This document shows, piece by piece, positions 38,069 through 52,700 of a stretch of DNA of 64,000 nucleotides. The stretch's first letter is position 1; each line of letters begins with the position of its first letter. The position numbers and the translations under genes were made by a program. The notes under the pieces were generated by a model, which did not search any database, was not told the origin of the DNA, and saw nothing but the letters and a program-made list of their open reading frames with translations. Source of the stretch: Calcarisporiella thermophila CBS 279.70 (Eukaryota; Fungi; Calcarisporiellomycota); NCBI RefSeq assembly GCF_041956535.1, contig NW_027192216.1:76274-140273 (forward strand), read 5' to 3'.

Positions 38069-39872
38069 ATGGCCGATCTCTACCATGCTCTCTTTCGCAT
38101 AACTGATACCTCCAACCTGCGCATTCCGCTACCTCGCCCTGTTATTTCGCGTCTCCAATCGTGGCTCCCGCCGGATCGCTCACGATCGCACGCGATCAAT
38201 GCTTTATGGGGGCTAGAGACCATGACGCGACGTTACCGGAGAAGTAGTAAGTATCTGGGGTAGAAAAATGAAGGCTAGGAATGAGGATGAAGCACTGAAG
38301 ATGTCAAACCGAACTTAGAGCAAGAATGCACTCATCCCGCGGCGGATTTGGAGGAAAGATTTTCCGAGCTCTGCGCACGGTGCGAAGCAGCCATGCCAAG
38401 TGTAGCTAACTCTATCATCTTCGTTTGTTTTTCCATTTTGTTAGCTGACTCAGGCGGTTTCATCGTAGATCTTGAAAGAAGTGTATTCAGCTATGGCAAA
38501 CGCAGCTACCCATCACGCTGCCCAATCGCTTCATGTGAATGGGAAGAGAAAAGTGAAAATACCGCCCACAGATCTGGAGATAGTCCTGGGAAAGAGACGG
38601 AGAGACGGAGAAGTTGGCAATAATGAAGAACGGCGTGACACAGCTAGAAGCAAAGATCCTCTATCGACGACGATTGGGGCAGTGGATGTTATTGGAGGGG
38701 AAAGGGGCATAGAGGATAAGAGCAACGACACTGGTTTAGAACACACAGAGCAATCTGTCGATTTTTCAGAAGGCGGTGACGAGGAGAGTAGAGGAAAGAG
38801 CAATGGAGGGCAAGCAAGTGCTCTCAATGAAGATGATACCCTGCATTTCCAGCTCGAAGAGATCGTACGTCAGTATGGCTCTTCGCTGGCAGCAATGAAC
38901 AGCGAACCCCCTTCCCATTCACTGGATTCTGTCGATGTTGAGCAAGAAATAAAGTCCAAGCATTCTGATGGGGCAGTTGAAGCGGAGAAAGATCACGAAG
39001 AGGGTGAGAGCAAGGAGGATACAAAGGAGGAGAAATGGAGGGAGTTGGCCCAAGTGGAGGGGAAGAATAAGGAGAATGACCCGCCAACCCATCTTCCCTC
39101 AGCAAACCTGGAGACACCACTGGTTACGGCCGATCGAAAGCCAGCAGCTTCCGGTCTCAAATCCAGCCCCCTTGGCCGGGGTGCGCGCTCCTCTTCAAAT
39201 AAGATGGCCGTGTCGACATTCTATTCGGGGTACCAGAGGGATCTGTCAGCGTCCCCCGATCCCCTTACTGGATTTGATGATGACGAGCCTGAGCAGAGGA
39301 GAACCCACGCATCACACACCGTCCCCACTCAAAGCCCCACGAGCGCTGCTCTGCGCACTAGTTCCGCTGACGCACTTTGTAATCCTGTTGGCCATATCAA
39401 TGCGTCTGAGGCTCGCTCCCTAACCTCTCCCCTCCGCGACCCGGAGCGAGAAGATCGGGTGAGAAAAAAACGTCGCTTTGCGGATGGGGAGGGCAGGGAG
39501 GATAGGCTCTCCCCAAACAAAAGGACTGACGCGTCTGTACCGGGAAGCACGCGATCGAAGCTGGAGACGGTGGTTGCAAAATCGGTAAGAGGTGACTGTT
39601 TGTCGATCAGAGTTGGCCTTTGAGCTCATGGCTGTCCTACGTTGTCTATTAAGCTGACCACCAGGACAACTCGGTCTGGTCGTAGGGTTAAACCTGCGCG
39701 TGGTTGGTGGCAAGAGGGCGAACCCCTGGGTGTAGAGACTGAAGACGCAATTCAAGAGATAGGAATGGAAGTGGAGACGAGAGGTGGAGGAGAGGCCGGG
39801 GAGGACAAGGTAGAAGAGGAGGAGGAAGCGAGCGTGGAGAATGAGTACTTTTTTTCAGATGAGGAGGAATGA
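38069..39872 (+). CDS. Hypothetical, largely disordered protein with C-terminal TRSGRRVKPARGWW motif
   Basis: 383-codon central exon plus flanking GT-AG exons; the 5' exon joins are uncertain. Confidence 0.65.
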
Positions 39873-40743
39873 AGCTAAACCATCTTTCCATTTTGGCTGA
39901 GCATTTATGGAGCAAGGGCCAGAGGCGCTCGTGAAGAGCCTTTACTTGTCGTGCTTTGGGGTACACTACCTGAAATTTGACCGCTCTTCCCGGATCAAAT
40001 GTGTTCCTGGCCATTGTCCTCAAGGCAAGAATATTTATACCCCCCCCCATGTAATATCTTGTTGCGAACTTGATCAATAAAGCATCTCTATACAAATATC
40101 ATGCAAGGTGTATTTTAAGTAGAAGTAACAACTATAGTTATATGTACAGTATTAATGGCTAGAATGAAAGCGACTCTTTTAGGATACAGATAAGTTGCCA
40201 TATATTAAGGAATTAATTGTCTAGTATAATAGCACTGTTTATAACGAAGACTAACGGAGATTTGAAGGAATGGTCAGACTATTCTGGAGCAGTGATGCTG
40301 GAAATGAAGTTGTATTTAAATTTTAGTTAAATACAGCTATTTGTAAATGCGGTTCTATGAATTGGAGCGCGCTAATTTACTTTGCTTCAATTATTTCACT
40401 TGCACTTTGGTTCACTATGTACTTGCATCCTGTTACTAACGATATATACAAAAGACAGTTTCCAGCAGCTGGATATCTTGATACTACGGCCGAAAACGGG
40501 CTGCTGTATAAGCAAATTTAGTCGTGCTTGGTTTTTTTTCCGGCCAATCTGACCAAAGATCCCATTTTGGGCCACGATGCTTAGGAATTTGAAACATAGG
40601 AATTAACCTCAGTTTGAATTCGGCCAATTTTTCTTTTCAGGGTCCACTTAGGATTTGTAATGGATTATAAACCATTTCTGGAGTCGTGTAGTCCTATAAA
40701 ATCACTTCTCCCGCCTCCCATTCTCTCTTGTTCGTAGCTTGGG

Positions 40744-41985
40744 ATGACCGATTCAAAGAAGCTAGTTATTATCGGTGGAGGAGCCGCAGGCCTATTGTTG
40801 GCGAAGCTGTTGTCCTCTGACTCGGGCAGGCTCGGCCTGGAGATAACGCTAGTGGACTGCAAGGTGACAATGAGCGAAGGTGTTATATAAGAAAAACGCC
40901 CTGACCACCGATTCCATCGTTCTAAACAGGATTTCTTCGAGTTTACTCCAGCAATGTGCTCGGTTCTGTATGAAAATACAGACGAAGAATTTAAAAAACA
41001 TTTCCAAAACGTCACGGCCGACTATGCCTCGGTGCTCGCTCCCCTTCAGGTTAAGTTTATTCTTGGCATTGTCGAAGAGTTGAACACGGAAGACCAAGGT
41101 ATACCATGTTACACGGCATACTTCAAAATACAGTAATTAACCGGTGATTTAGTCATAAATTTGCGAGGGAACCGCAGTGTGTCGTATGATTATTGCGTTA
41201 TTTGCACCGGATCTAGCTGCCACACTCCATGGAAGTCATCATGTGAAACCACCACATCCCTCCAAGATCGTCTAGAATACTTGCAATCACAGCGAGAGCG
41301 ATACAAGACGGCTAAAGAGATCTTATGCATTGGAGCCGGTGCACTTGGCGTCGAGGTCGCCGCCGAAATATGCTTACGAGACCCTTCCAAAAGTGTGACC
41401 CTTATCAGTTCGCAGCCTGTTCTTGCCTCGGCACCGGGCAACTTGGGAGCCGGCGCACAAACTGTGCTCAGCAATATACCGTCCCTCAAGTTGATCATTA
41501 ATGAAAGCGCAACATCGACCGATGGCAGGCATTATGAAACGGATAAATCCAAGACCACCATTAGACCAGATCTTGTGTACATCTGCTCAGGCATCACACC
41601 CAATACTGGATTCTTACGCAAGTCCCATCCACAATGGCTGAACGAAAAGAACTTTATCAAAGTCGACCAATGCCTAAAAGCAAGCGACAATGTGTTTGCG
41701 GTAGGAGATGTCAATGCTATTGATGATCCAAAGATGTTCTATACAGCACGTACGCAGGCTGTTCATACTGCTACGAATATTAAGCGAATTTTAAAAGGCC
41801 ATGAGCCTATACCTTACAAAGCCCCCCCTAGAGCTATGATGGTTTCTCTTGGACCCACTCGTGCGGTAGGATATATGATGGGGATCACCCTAAATGGATG
41901 GCCAGGTGATAGGAAGCGAGGAAGCAAATTGGCATCCTTTGCTAAACGTGTAGTCGAGAGAACTACAATGGATGCTTATGGTTGA
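40744..41985 (+). CDS. AIF/AMID (AIFM2/FSP1-like) FAD/NAD(P)H oxidoreductase
   Basis: LVIIGGGAAG, YDYCVICTGS, IGAGALGVEVAAEI, NVFAVGDV; two introns. Confidence 0.9.
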
Positions 41986-42602
41986 AGAAGCCAACAAAAT
42001 CTTCTACTCTCATGATATTACAGTACTTTAACGCATACATTACATAGTGCAAGTGATTCTTATGTATAGCATTGTTTTCCTTCGCTTTTATTAATGTCTA
42101 CCCTAGGCGAATGGGCGGAAATATTGTTAAATAAATATTTGGCATCTACGCTACCTTTAGGATTGCATGCAAGACACTTTTGAAGGGATGAAGCGAAAAC
42201 TCCGCGAAACGAAGCTGGAAAAGGTGTTGAAATGCCCTTGTTCAGACTTGATATACATGCCAATAGGTCAATAGTTTTTTCACGCCACGTGGCTCTTGCC
42301 TCGTTTTGTAGCGTGACAAGACCTGGTTGATGGATGCCATAGGACGAACTTCAAGTGCAGGGTCACGGATCATCCATAGGATATTTCGAGTATATTTAGA
42401 TTTGGATTCAAATGTGTACAGTATACGGGAACGTTTGTCCTTCATCACTATGAGATAATTGCTACTTGAATGGAGTAATATATGGGGTGGAGAATCCCTT
42501 TACAATCGCGGCTAGCCGCTGCGTTTGCGGAATTCGGGTGTCAAACTTAAAAGGGTGCTTGAAAGATTGGGAAGAAAAGTTTATTATTACGTCAACTACC
42601 AA

Positions 42603-43363
<761 letters not shown>

Positions 43364-43972
43364 TGTGGGTGGGTGGTGGAGCGGGCTCTCCTATTGTGTT
43401 GGAAGAGAAACGGGGCAAGATAAATTGGGCCTTTTCTGTTTTTTGTTTTCCAAATCTAGTCACGGGCTATATTGCCAGGTCATTTGGTGCAGGGAAATTG
43501 AACCGTCGATAGGGGAACGAGGGAATTTGATATGGGCTTTTTTGTTCTAGACTGGACCAGGCCGGGCTGCGGGAGATTTGGGGCGGGAGAAGAGTCAGAC
43601 GGGTTGCACTTGGCCGCCGAACTCCGGGCCAAACCACCCCCTCCCCCTCCCTTCTCCCCCTTCAGGTAGAACACCACCACTGATAGGGAGAAAGAGGAGG
43701 GCGCGAGAGAGAAGAGAGGGGAGGGCTCAGCAATGAGCGCGTGGGCTCGTAGCATTAGCAGCGGCGAAGTTTTTCTGATGGCGGCCCGCCGACCCTTGTT
43801 TGCATCGAATCCGCATTCTGGTTCATGCTCTAACTTGTTTTTCTGGCGGGCTCCTCAGCAACTCGCTCAGAAACATGGTGGTTTAGCGCCCTTGGAAATT
43901 TTCAAAGCCCGCAATCCCACTTTTCCCTGCTCCACCCTCTTCTTCTGAGAAATCCAATTTTAAAGACGACCT

Positions 43973-43994
43973 ATCCATCCATCCATCCATCCAT
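43973..43994. repeat. (ATCC)n microsatellite
   Basis: Five ATCC units upstream of DHH1. Confidence 0.85.
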
Positions 43995-44367
43995 TCTAAA
44001 GACTCATCCCACAAGCTATCTCTCTGTTTAGCCATTCTCCACTCTCCACAGTGTTTCTTTCCTAAACTTGGAAGCCAAAAAGCTATTTGGGCCTACTCTT
44101 TGTTTATCTTTCAATATTCTGTGAAAAAAAAAGATCGCCTCCCAATATTCTTATTATATTCGCGCGTATCTTCCATCTCTTCTCTCTTCTCCTTTTGCAA
44201 ATTGATCTCTTCTGATTCTTTACAGGGTTCACGCTTTTCTGTATCATAGTTTTTTTATTCTTTTACTTGTTCTTATTTTTCTGATTGTCTTTGACTTTTC
44301 TCCACACTGATTTTTCTCTTTTTCTCTTCTCTCTTGTGATTTTTAATTTTTTATTTTTTTCATCGTA

Positions 44368-46129
44368 ATGTCGGCAAACGCAACGCAACAACCACCGTCG
44401 ACCAAGTAAGATGAGCCGATTTGTCTTGATCTGACTGCATCTCTAATCATGATCTATCTATTTTGCCTGCCTTTCCATTCATCCTCATCAGCCACGAAAA
44501 CGACACCTGGAAGAGGCAGCTGAAACTCCCACCTAAAGATATGCGGCCTCAGACTGAGGTTGGTTCTTCTATTATAATGGACTTTCTGTCTCATGGCATT
44601 AATGATCTCATGATCGTTAACAGGATGTAACAGCAACCAAAGGCAATGAGTTTGAAGATTATTTCTTAAAGCGGGAGCTATTGATGGGAATTTTTGAGTG
44701 CGGTTTTGAGCGGCCATCCCCTATTCAAGTACGTTTGCGATTTTCATGAGGCTTCATCATCGCGATCCATGGCGCATATATATTGATGATCATCTTGGTA
44801 TGTTTTAGGAAGAGGCAATTCCAATCGCCCTGGCTGGTCGTGACATTCTGGCACGTGCAAAGAACGGCACCGGAAAGACGGCGGCATTTGTGATTCCAAC
44901 CCTTGAGAAGATCAATGTCAAGAAGCCCAAGATCCAGGCGCTTCTGCTGGTTCCAACTCGTGAGCTTGCTCTGCAAACGTCTCAGGTGTGCAAAAACCTA
45001 GGCAAGCATATGGGCGTGCAGGTCATGGTGACCACCGGCGGCACGACCCTCAAAGACGACATCCTGCGTCTCTCGGACACTGTTCACGTCCTTGTCGGCA
45101 CTCCCGGACGTCTGTTGGACTTGGCGAGCAAAGGGGTTGCCGACCTCTCCGAATGCACGACTTTTGTCATGGACGAAGCGGACAAGCTGCTAAGCCCCGA
45201 GTTCACGCCGGTCGTGGAGCAGCTGTTGAGCCACCTGCCGAAGGAGCGACAGATCATGTTGTTCAGTGCTACTTTCCCCATGATTGTCAAATCGTTCAAG
45301 GTACCGTTTCTTTTTTTTTGTGGGGAGGGGGGGGGGAGGAGGGAGGGGAGAAGGGCTGTCTTGCTGTCCCAGCGACTGGCTCATCGCCACACTCGTTCCC
45401 ACCCCCACCCACTTCCAGTATAGGATTTTTCTAACCGAATCTGATCTCTGATCTCTGTTACTAGGATAAATACCTCGTCAAGCCTTACGAAATTAACCTT
45501 ATGGACGAGTTGACGCTGCGCGGAGTAACACAGTACTACGCCTTCGTCGAGGAGCGCCAGAAGGTCCACTGTCTCAACACGCTCTTCTCCAAACTCCAAA
45601 TTAACCAGTCGATTATCTTCTGTAATTCAACCAACCGAGTGGAACTTCTAGCCAAGAAAATCACCGAGCTTGGCTATTCCTGTTTCTACAGTCATGCCCG
45701 CATGCTGCAGAGCCACCGCAACCGTGTGTTCCACGATTTCAGAAATGGTGTGTGCCGCAATCTCGTGTGCACTGGTAAAGTATCATCTTGACCCTTTGTG
45801 TCAATAACCCAACTCAAATGAACTAAACTCGCCTTTCCCTCCTTCCTTTGTTTATAGATCTTCTCACGCGTGGTATCGATATTCAAGCCGTAAATGTTGT
45901 AATTAATTTTGACTTCCCCAAGAATGCGGAGACGTATTTGCATCGTATCGGTCGTTCTGGTCGTTTTGGTCATCTTGGTTTGGCCATCAATTTGATCACC
46001 TATGAGGATCGCTTCAACTTGTACAAGATTGAGCAGGAACTGGGAACTGAAATCAAGGCCATTCCTCCTGTGATTGACAAGCGTTTGTATGTAGCGCCTT
46101 CGTCAATGGAAGACCCATCCCAACAACAA

Positions 46130-46161
<32 letters not shown>

Positions 46162-46300
46162 TCCGCACCAGCAACAGAACAAAGTTCAACAGCCACAACC
46201 TCAAGGGCGCTATCAAGGCGGAGGTCAGCGAAATTCGATGCAAGCTCGGAACGGACGTGTTGGACAACAGCAAAATGTGGGGGTGAAGACTTCTTCTTAA
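44368..46300 (+). CDS. DHH1: DEAD-box RNA helicase Dhh1/DDX6 with polyQ tail
   Basis: [48 protein letters not shown]. Confidence 0.98.
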
Positions 46301-47666
46301 CCATTCAAACCTTTCATGGTTGTTTTTCTTTTGGGTTTTTTTTTTCTTTCTCTCTGGGGGTTTCTTTTGAATATTTTATATAGTATTTTCTTTTCTTCTT
46401 TGCTTTAGTTTATTTTGAGTGTTTGGATGCAAGAAAGAGAAGTGTTTTATGCTGTGTTTATAACATTTGTCACGCTCCTTTTGGTTTATAGTGTTATTGC
46501 TCTCCCTTTTCCTTCGCATTAGATTCTCCTCCTTTTTATTTCATCTTAAACGAGCGCTTTCCTTCCATATTTTGGTTTTGCTTGTTTACCAGGGAATCTT
46601 ATCTTATTCTCTTTATTTTTTTTCCCCTTCTCTCTTGCCCATGAAGGTGAAGGGGTTTTTGTCCACCTTGACCCTATGATGTCCATATGCTTCTATGTCC
46701 ACTTTCTTTTATGTTCGATTCCTTTAATGTTCCCAAGGAAAGAATCGATTTATGACCCTTATATGACCGGTTTTCGAAAGTTAAACGAATCCTGTGATCG
46801 CAATCAAACGAGAAGATCGTCGCCCCCCATACATGTATTGTATTAAATTATCTGTTAAAGCCATTGGAGCCCGAATTTCGCTTGGGAATGGTGTAAGAAA
46901 TGGTTGGCGAGGGTCGGCTACGTGCTTTTTCGATCCAATTCTTTCAATTCCTCCGCTGAAATAGGGCCAAACGTTGTGTAGGAATTTTTTTTTTCTACGC
47001 ACTTGACTCCAAACCGGTAAGGTTGCCCATACCGCTCGCTACCACACCAGTTGTAGGGATGATCTCGCGCTTAAGCCTGTCTCATTTCAGCCCGTCCCGA
47101 GGGGATAGCTCCAATTCCCGTGGCTCAAGTTACAGTGGCTGGGGGACTGTCATTTCTGATTTCATGCTCTACTTGCAGCAATCCTCTTCTTCCGAAAGAA
47201 GTTGCAAGCTTTTTTATTTCTTTATGTAGGTTGTCGGTCGCCTCATTCTTCGGCATCGGAACGCATTCTTCCTGAATAGGAACTATCCCCCACCTATCAC
47301 CCGGTCCCGCATTTTTAATAATTCGATTTTCTAATAGAGAACTATCTCCACCCCTTTTTGACGACCCCCTTTTTCTTCCCTTTATCTTTAACCCGTGTTG
47401 ATCCTTATTTGCTACTACCCTCTGCTAACGCTTCGCTCTAGAATCCCAATATCTCTCTCCTTTTTTTTCTTCTTGCTCACTTCCTTTCGTCACTTGCTGA
47501 TAATTGATGTGTTAGATTGGGTAGTCTTCATTATTAGACCAATATTAATTTATATTTTATACACCTGGGAGTATTTGGTACCTGAAATTCAAATCGAGAC
47601 CAAGCGTTTGTTTCTCCCCCCATCCCCCCATTCCACTCATTGGTTCGTTCGATTCCCTACAAGGTC

Positions 47667-49391
47667 ATGCCAACGACCTACCAGCGACAAGTTGCAAGAG
47701 ATCGGCAATCGGCATCTTCCACGTCCAGCAGCAGCGGTCGCAATCTCCCTGCAACCCCCGTGAGTTACCGCACCCCTGATTCCTCCGGCGAATACCGCCC
47801 ACGAAAACAGAATTTCTACGACGAAGAGCCGCAGTGGCGAGACGGCATGGAGCCAAGATACCGCCGCGAGGGTTACCGCGATGAAGGAATACCAAAGAGC
47901 AAAGTGGAGGATCTGTTGAGGGAGATGCGCGAACAGCATGAGCAGGAAAAGAAGGCCATCAAGCAGAATCTGCTCAAGCAGTTTGAATCAGATCTGCGAC
48001 GGCAGCTGTCGACGCTCCAGGAACGAGCCCGAGAACAGGCGCGCAAAGAAGTGATGGAGGAGGGCATGAAGGAGGCTCAGGGGGAGGAGCGAAAGCTTCG
48101 AGATGCAGCTGCGATGAAAGTGAGAAAAGCGTGCAAGCTGCTTAAGGCGGAGCTGCGCGAGCAGAACATGCGAGCGGTTGCTGATGGAGAGGCGGCGGAG
48201 GAGACCATCAGGCGAGAAGACCAAATGGATGAGCAGGAGGATGATCCGTTTGTGCTGGTGACACGATTGAGTGAACGGTTAATTGAGCGCGTGCATGGAG
48301 CTCGTAGTGGCGATCGACAGAAACGAGGGGCCATCGATGCACGAGAGGAGGCAGAGCTTCGGCGTCGGATCAAAGATGCGGAGAACGAGCAGAGGCGAAT
48401 CGAGGCCGAACTTAACGAGGCCAAGGCGCGCTTACGAGAAAGGGACAGGGGCCGCGACGACAAGGCCCAGGAAATGGAGGAGCTCCGAACTGAGAAGCGC
48501 CGCCTCGAGCAGGTCGTGGCGGACCTGCGGCAGGATCTGAACAATGCGGGCGATAATTTGCGTGCGAGTGAGACGCGCCTTTTGGCCTCTGAGAGGGAAG
48601 CCGAGCGAATCCGCCGGGATCTGGAGCGGGATCTGCGCGAGGCCGAGGATGTCATCAAGGGACTTCGCCTCGATGTCAAGGAGGCGAAGGACCGCATGGA
48701 CGAGTTGGAGAGAAGCGGCCGGCGCTGGAAGGAGGAAAAGATTGAACTGGAAAAACAGCTGAGCGAGGGGACGGATGTGCAGGATCAGCTGCGACGCATG
48801 GAGGCGTCCTTGAACAAGCTCAAGGAGGAGGCGTCGACCGCGAAGCGCGAAAAATCAGAGGCTGAGAGAGAGCTCATGGAGCGACTGGAGGAGCTGACTC
48901 AGGTCAGGAGGGATCTCGACGACGCCATCCACATGAATGAGCTTGCTCGCGCTAAACTTGAAGAGCAGGAGGAGCAGTATCTTGCGCACACCCGTGAGCT
49001 CGACGAACAACATGAGGAGCAATTGCGCTCCCTAACGAGACGGCACTCCGAATTGCTCGACGAACTCACGACGCAACATGCACAAGAGATCGAGCGGCTC
49101 CGCATGGGCACCAAACAGGCCGGGATTGGCGGCTTCCTCTCCTCGTGGGGAGGCGGGAGCGCCCCTATTATGGCGAGTGAAAAGGCGGCCATTGAGAAGG
49201 CGGCCACCGAAAAGGCGAACAAGGCCAAGGAGGAGGAGCTGAGGCTCGCAAAAGAGGAACAGCAGCTGTTGAGAGCATTCTTGGATCAGGAGGCATCGCG
49301 TGCCCAAGAGTTGGAGCGGATGTTGGAGAAGGCGAGAAACGAGATGGCCGAGGTACAAAACGAACTTGCGCGGGTCGCGCGGAAGAAATGA
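47667..49391 (+). CDS. Intronless long coiled-coil protein of unknown function (~574 aa)
   Basis: Uninterrupted ORF of E/R/K/L-rich heptads; no recognised catalytic motif. Confidence 0.8.
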   Translation: MPTTYQRQVARDRQSASSTSSSSGRNLPATPVSYRTPDSSGEYRPRKQNFYDEEPQWRDGMEPRYRREGYRDEGIPKSKVEDLLREMREQHEQEKKAIKQNLLKQFESDLRRQLSTLQERAREQARKEVMEEGMKEAQGEERKLRDAAAMKVRKACKLLKAELREQNMRAVADGEAAEETIRREDQMDEQEDDPFVLVTRLSERLIERVHGARSGDRQKRGAIDAREEAELRRRIKDAENEQRRIEAELNEAKARLRERDRGRDDKAQEMEELRTEKRRLEQVVADLRQDLNNAGDNLRASETRLLASEREAERIRRDLERDLREAEDVIKGLRLDVKEAKDRMDELERSGRRWKEEKIELEKQLSEGTDVQDQLRRMEASLNKLKEEASTAKREKSEAERELMERLEELTQVRRDLDDAIHMNELARAKLEEQEEQYLAHTRELDEQHEEQLRSLTRRHSELLDELTTQHAQEIERLRMGTKQAGIGGFLSSWGGGSAPIMASEKAAIEKAATEKANKAKEEELRLAKEEQQLLRAFLDQEASRAQELERMLEKARNEMAEVQNELARVARKK

Positions 49392-49723
49392 GGGCGAAAT
49401 CTAAAGGGACCCTTTCCGTTGTGAAATTTAGATCCATTTTGAACTGTTTATTCTGTATTTCTTTGCAACCTTCACTCTCCCCGTGTTTCTTTTCCTATCA
49501 GCCGACTTTTTTTTCCCCTCCCCCACTTACCCTTTGTATTTATTTTTGGGTATTTTTATCAGTAGAATTGTGTGTTTCCTTTAATTACTAGTGTTTTTTT
49601 ATCCATTGACGAAAAATATAAATGGTCCAGTTGAAAACTCAATTGAAGCAGGAGAGAGAAGCTCAATGAGGAGAAAAAAAATAGAGAATTCAACCAAGAT
49701 AAATCTAGCATCATACTTCATAC

Positions 49724-52700
49724 CTAGTCATCCCACTCATCCTCGGCCACTCCCTCCATGTCGTCCTGCGGCAGGCGTTCATCCTCGTCCTCTTTGGAGA
49801 GAGCAAACAAGTTATCGAGCATGTTCTGCTTTCGTTGATCATCGGTGACGGCGGTCTGAAACTCGGAGGGCGAATGCACCTTCCTCATCCCCGCCGTCAG
49901 GCCAACTTGCGGAGCCTGCGACAACGGAGTCATGTCCTCTGGTCTCAGATCGATTTTTCTCCGCTCCGCCTTTTCTCCCGCAGACCAAGCCTCAGCTGAG
50001 AGCGTAGGATGCTCCACATCGAGCGTGGGCGGGTAGAGATCGTCCTGGAAATATTCGGCTCGCTGCCGGGGTACATGCATCCCCACCACCTCGACTCTAT
50101 TCTTTGTCAGCCTGAACAACTTCGCCAACTCTACCTTTCTAACGTCGCAACATCGCTTGGGAAGCAAGACCATTCCCTGTTGGAGGGATCCCGACTCAAA
50201 GGATGGCAAGCGCTCAAGCTTCGGCTGAGACGCGTCATCATAGTGTATGTTGATTGCGTGGATGCTTGAGTCTCCGCGACCCACCAGATAAAGAATCCTG
50301 CAGTCAGCATCGTAGTGCGGCACTAGCGCGCCTGGTGATACGTCCAAAGCTTTGCGGTCGGCTGGACCTTTTGACACATCCTCGCCATAGACAAGGACTT
50401 CCCGCTGTGATCCAAGGCCGAAGCCGACGCTCGCCAAGTATTCGGTCTCTCCTAGCCAAACGATCCGGCATGGCCGCCTGGAGTCGTGCAAAGGGCCTTG
50501 ACTCGCGATACTTCGTGTGACCACGTCAATGACTCGCAGTTTGCGATCGTGACAGGCCACGGCAATCTTGGAGCCGTCAGTATTCCACGTGCAGCTAAAA
50601 ATCTATTTACCAGAATAACAATATTAGTATTCTCCATTTTCGAAAAGCCTAATGCTCCACATACCCCGCCACCCAGTCCATCAATTTCAAACAGCCTTTC
50701 CCGCTTCGCCAGATCCCAGACCTGCACCGCATCGCCCGAAGCCGTCAGAAATATGTCTTTCGCCACCGGATTGAAAATCAAGTTGTTCACTCGCTTCTTA
50801 TCTGGCACTATCAGAGAGGAGTTTTTTTTTTAGAATAATGAAAGTTGAAGGAAACCAAGTGTTAGCAAAACATGGAGCTGAGCTAATGGACTCACCGGCA
50901 ATACTCCCCCATGGTTCCAGGACATCTTCCTCAAGACCATTTTCCGGGATTTTCCAGATATTGATTCGTGCATTGTCTGAGATCGTTAATAGTACATCAT
51001 GTTCAAATGGATCGAACTTGAAATCGGTCACCGAACTCTGACATACCACGGCGGGCAAGCGGGTTGGTAGGCGACCTGGCTTGGCAACATCGATGATTCC
51101 AACCCGCCCACCGGACCCTGAAAGCGCCACGGCGATAAATCGAGGGTTAGCTTGGATGAGATCACATTCGGCACCTTTGGAGACATCCAGGTCCCGGAGA
51201 TCGTCAAAGAACTGGCTCGGGTGATATGGCTTTCCGGTGAGGTATTTATATAGAGAGGTGCGGGCGGTTGCAAGTCGAGTGGCGGCGGCCGAACGCTGTT
51301 GGATTTGGGAGGGAGCAGGAGTAGATTCAGATTCTAGTTGACCAACCTTTTCACCCGATGGGGTGATTTGTCGTGGAGAATCGCCGCTTATTGTTAAGGA
51401 TGTTGTCTTCTGCTCAAGCGACGAATGGGGATGCGATTCAGGCAAGGGGGAGGGTGCCGCAGCAGAAGCTGCTGTGGTCGAAGTAGCCACATCCTTTTTC
51501 GCGCGCTCGGCTGGATCCAAGGAGATTTTGGCAACCTCCTTTGTCTCGCCCGCTAGCCATTCTGCAGCCGTTAATGCGGGTTCACTCCCCTTTGTCCACG
51601 GATAAAGCTCGTGGTGGAAGTCGAGGTAATTTCTCCGCGGAACCTGGAAGGATACTGGAATGATGGCCTGAGGGGTGACGACGAGAAGACGAGCAATCTC
51701 AACATGCATCACGTCCAATGCTTGTTTGGGTACCAGCGCCGCCCCGGAGATCTGGGAGTTGGTGCCAGTCAAATTCTCGGTAAAGTGGGGCGCCGTAGCT
51801 GACACCTCTACCGACCGCATTGTTGTGTCCCCCTAGTATATATTCGATTTCCGCTTGTTTTTAGCGACTGCAGATAAAACCATGGCAATATTGCAAAGCT
51901 TACCCTGCCTGCTAGATAGACAATCTTTGTATCCTCATCCACTAGTGGCATTAAAATACCCGTTGATGCATCCATGAGCGTCTTCTTCAGAGGCTTGGAC
52001 AGACTCCGCACATCCCAAAGCGCGTACTCCCTCTCACGCATCTATACGCCTTACACGCTTAATCCTACGCTCAATGAAGTAAATTAACACTTTGCCTTAC
52101 CTTACTGAACCCGGTGGTAAGCACAAGATCTGTATTTCCTATCCATGCCACCCGACTCGATTTGATACCCTCATGGTGCTTGCTTGACTAAACAAGTGAA
52201 ACAGATGCATAAACCGCGTTCAAAATTTTCACATTCAACTAGCCTACCCCCACCATCGCCGGGCTGCCCTCTTGCCGCGGATCCCAGACTCGCAAAAATC
52301 CGTCCCTGCACGTGGTTCCAATAACAGAACCATCACCTCGCCATGATACCGCGTGGATCGCATTTTCATGGGCCATTTCATAGAGGTGGCCTTCGCCTGC
52401 CTTTGTGCTGTCCCATATACGCACTTCTTTTCCATGTGCAGTGGCGATTATGGAGGTGACCGTGGGATGCCACCTCACAATGTCCGTTTTATTTCTTTGG
52501 CCTGCGTTCCACTCGGTCACTAGGTCGAACTCGTTGCTAGTCGAGGAGGGTCTCCAGATTTTGACACCACCATCCTCTCCGGCGCTGGAGAGAAGCGAGT
52601 CAAAGCAACTGAACTCCCAGTCGGTGATGGCGCCATGCGCATGCAGGAGAGTGGGATCTGGATATTTTCCTGGTTTGTGTAGGGGGAGAATGGCGAGCGT

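Noticed and set aside
41975-42050. Possible frameshift extending the AIF-like C-terminus (LKKPTKSSTLMILQYF...)
   Set aside because: The protein is already of normal length with all motifs; no evidence without ortholog alignment.
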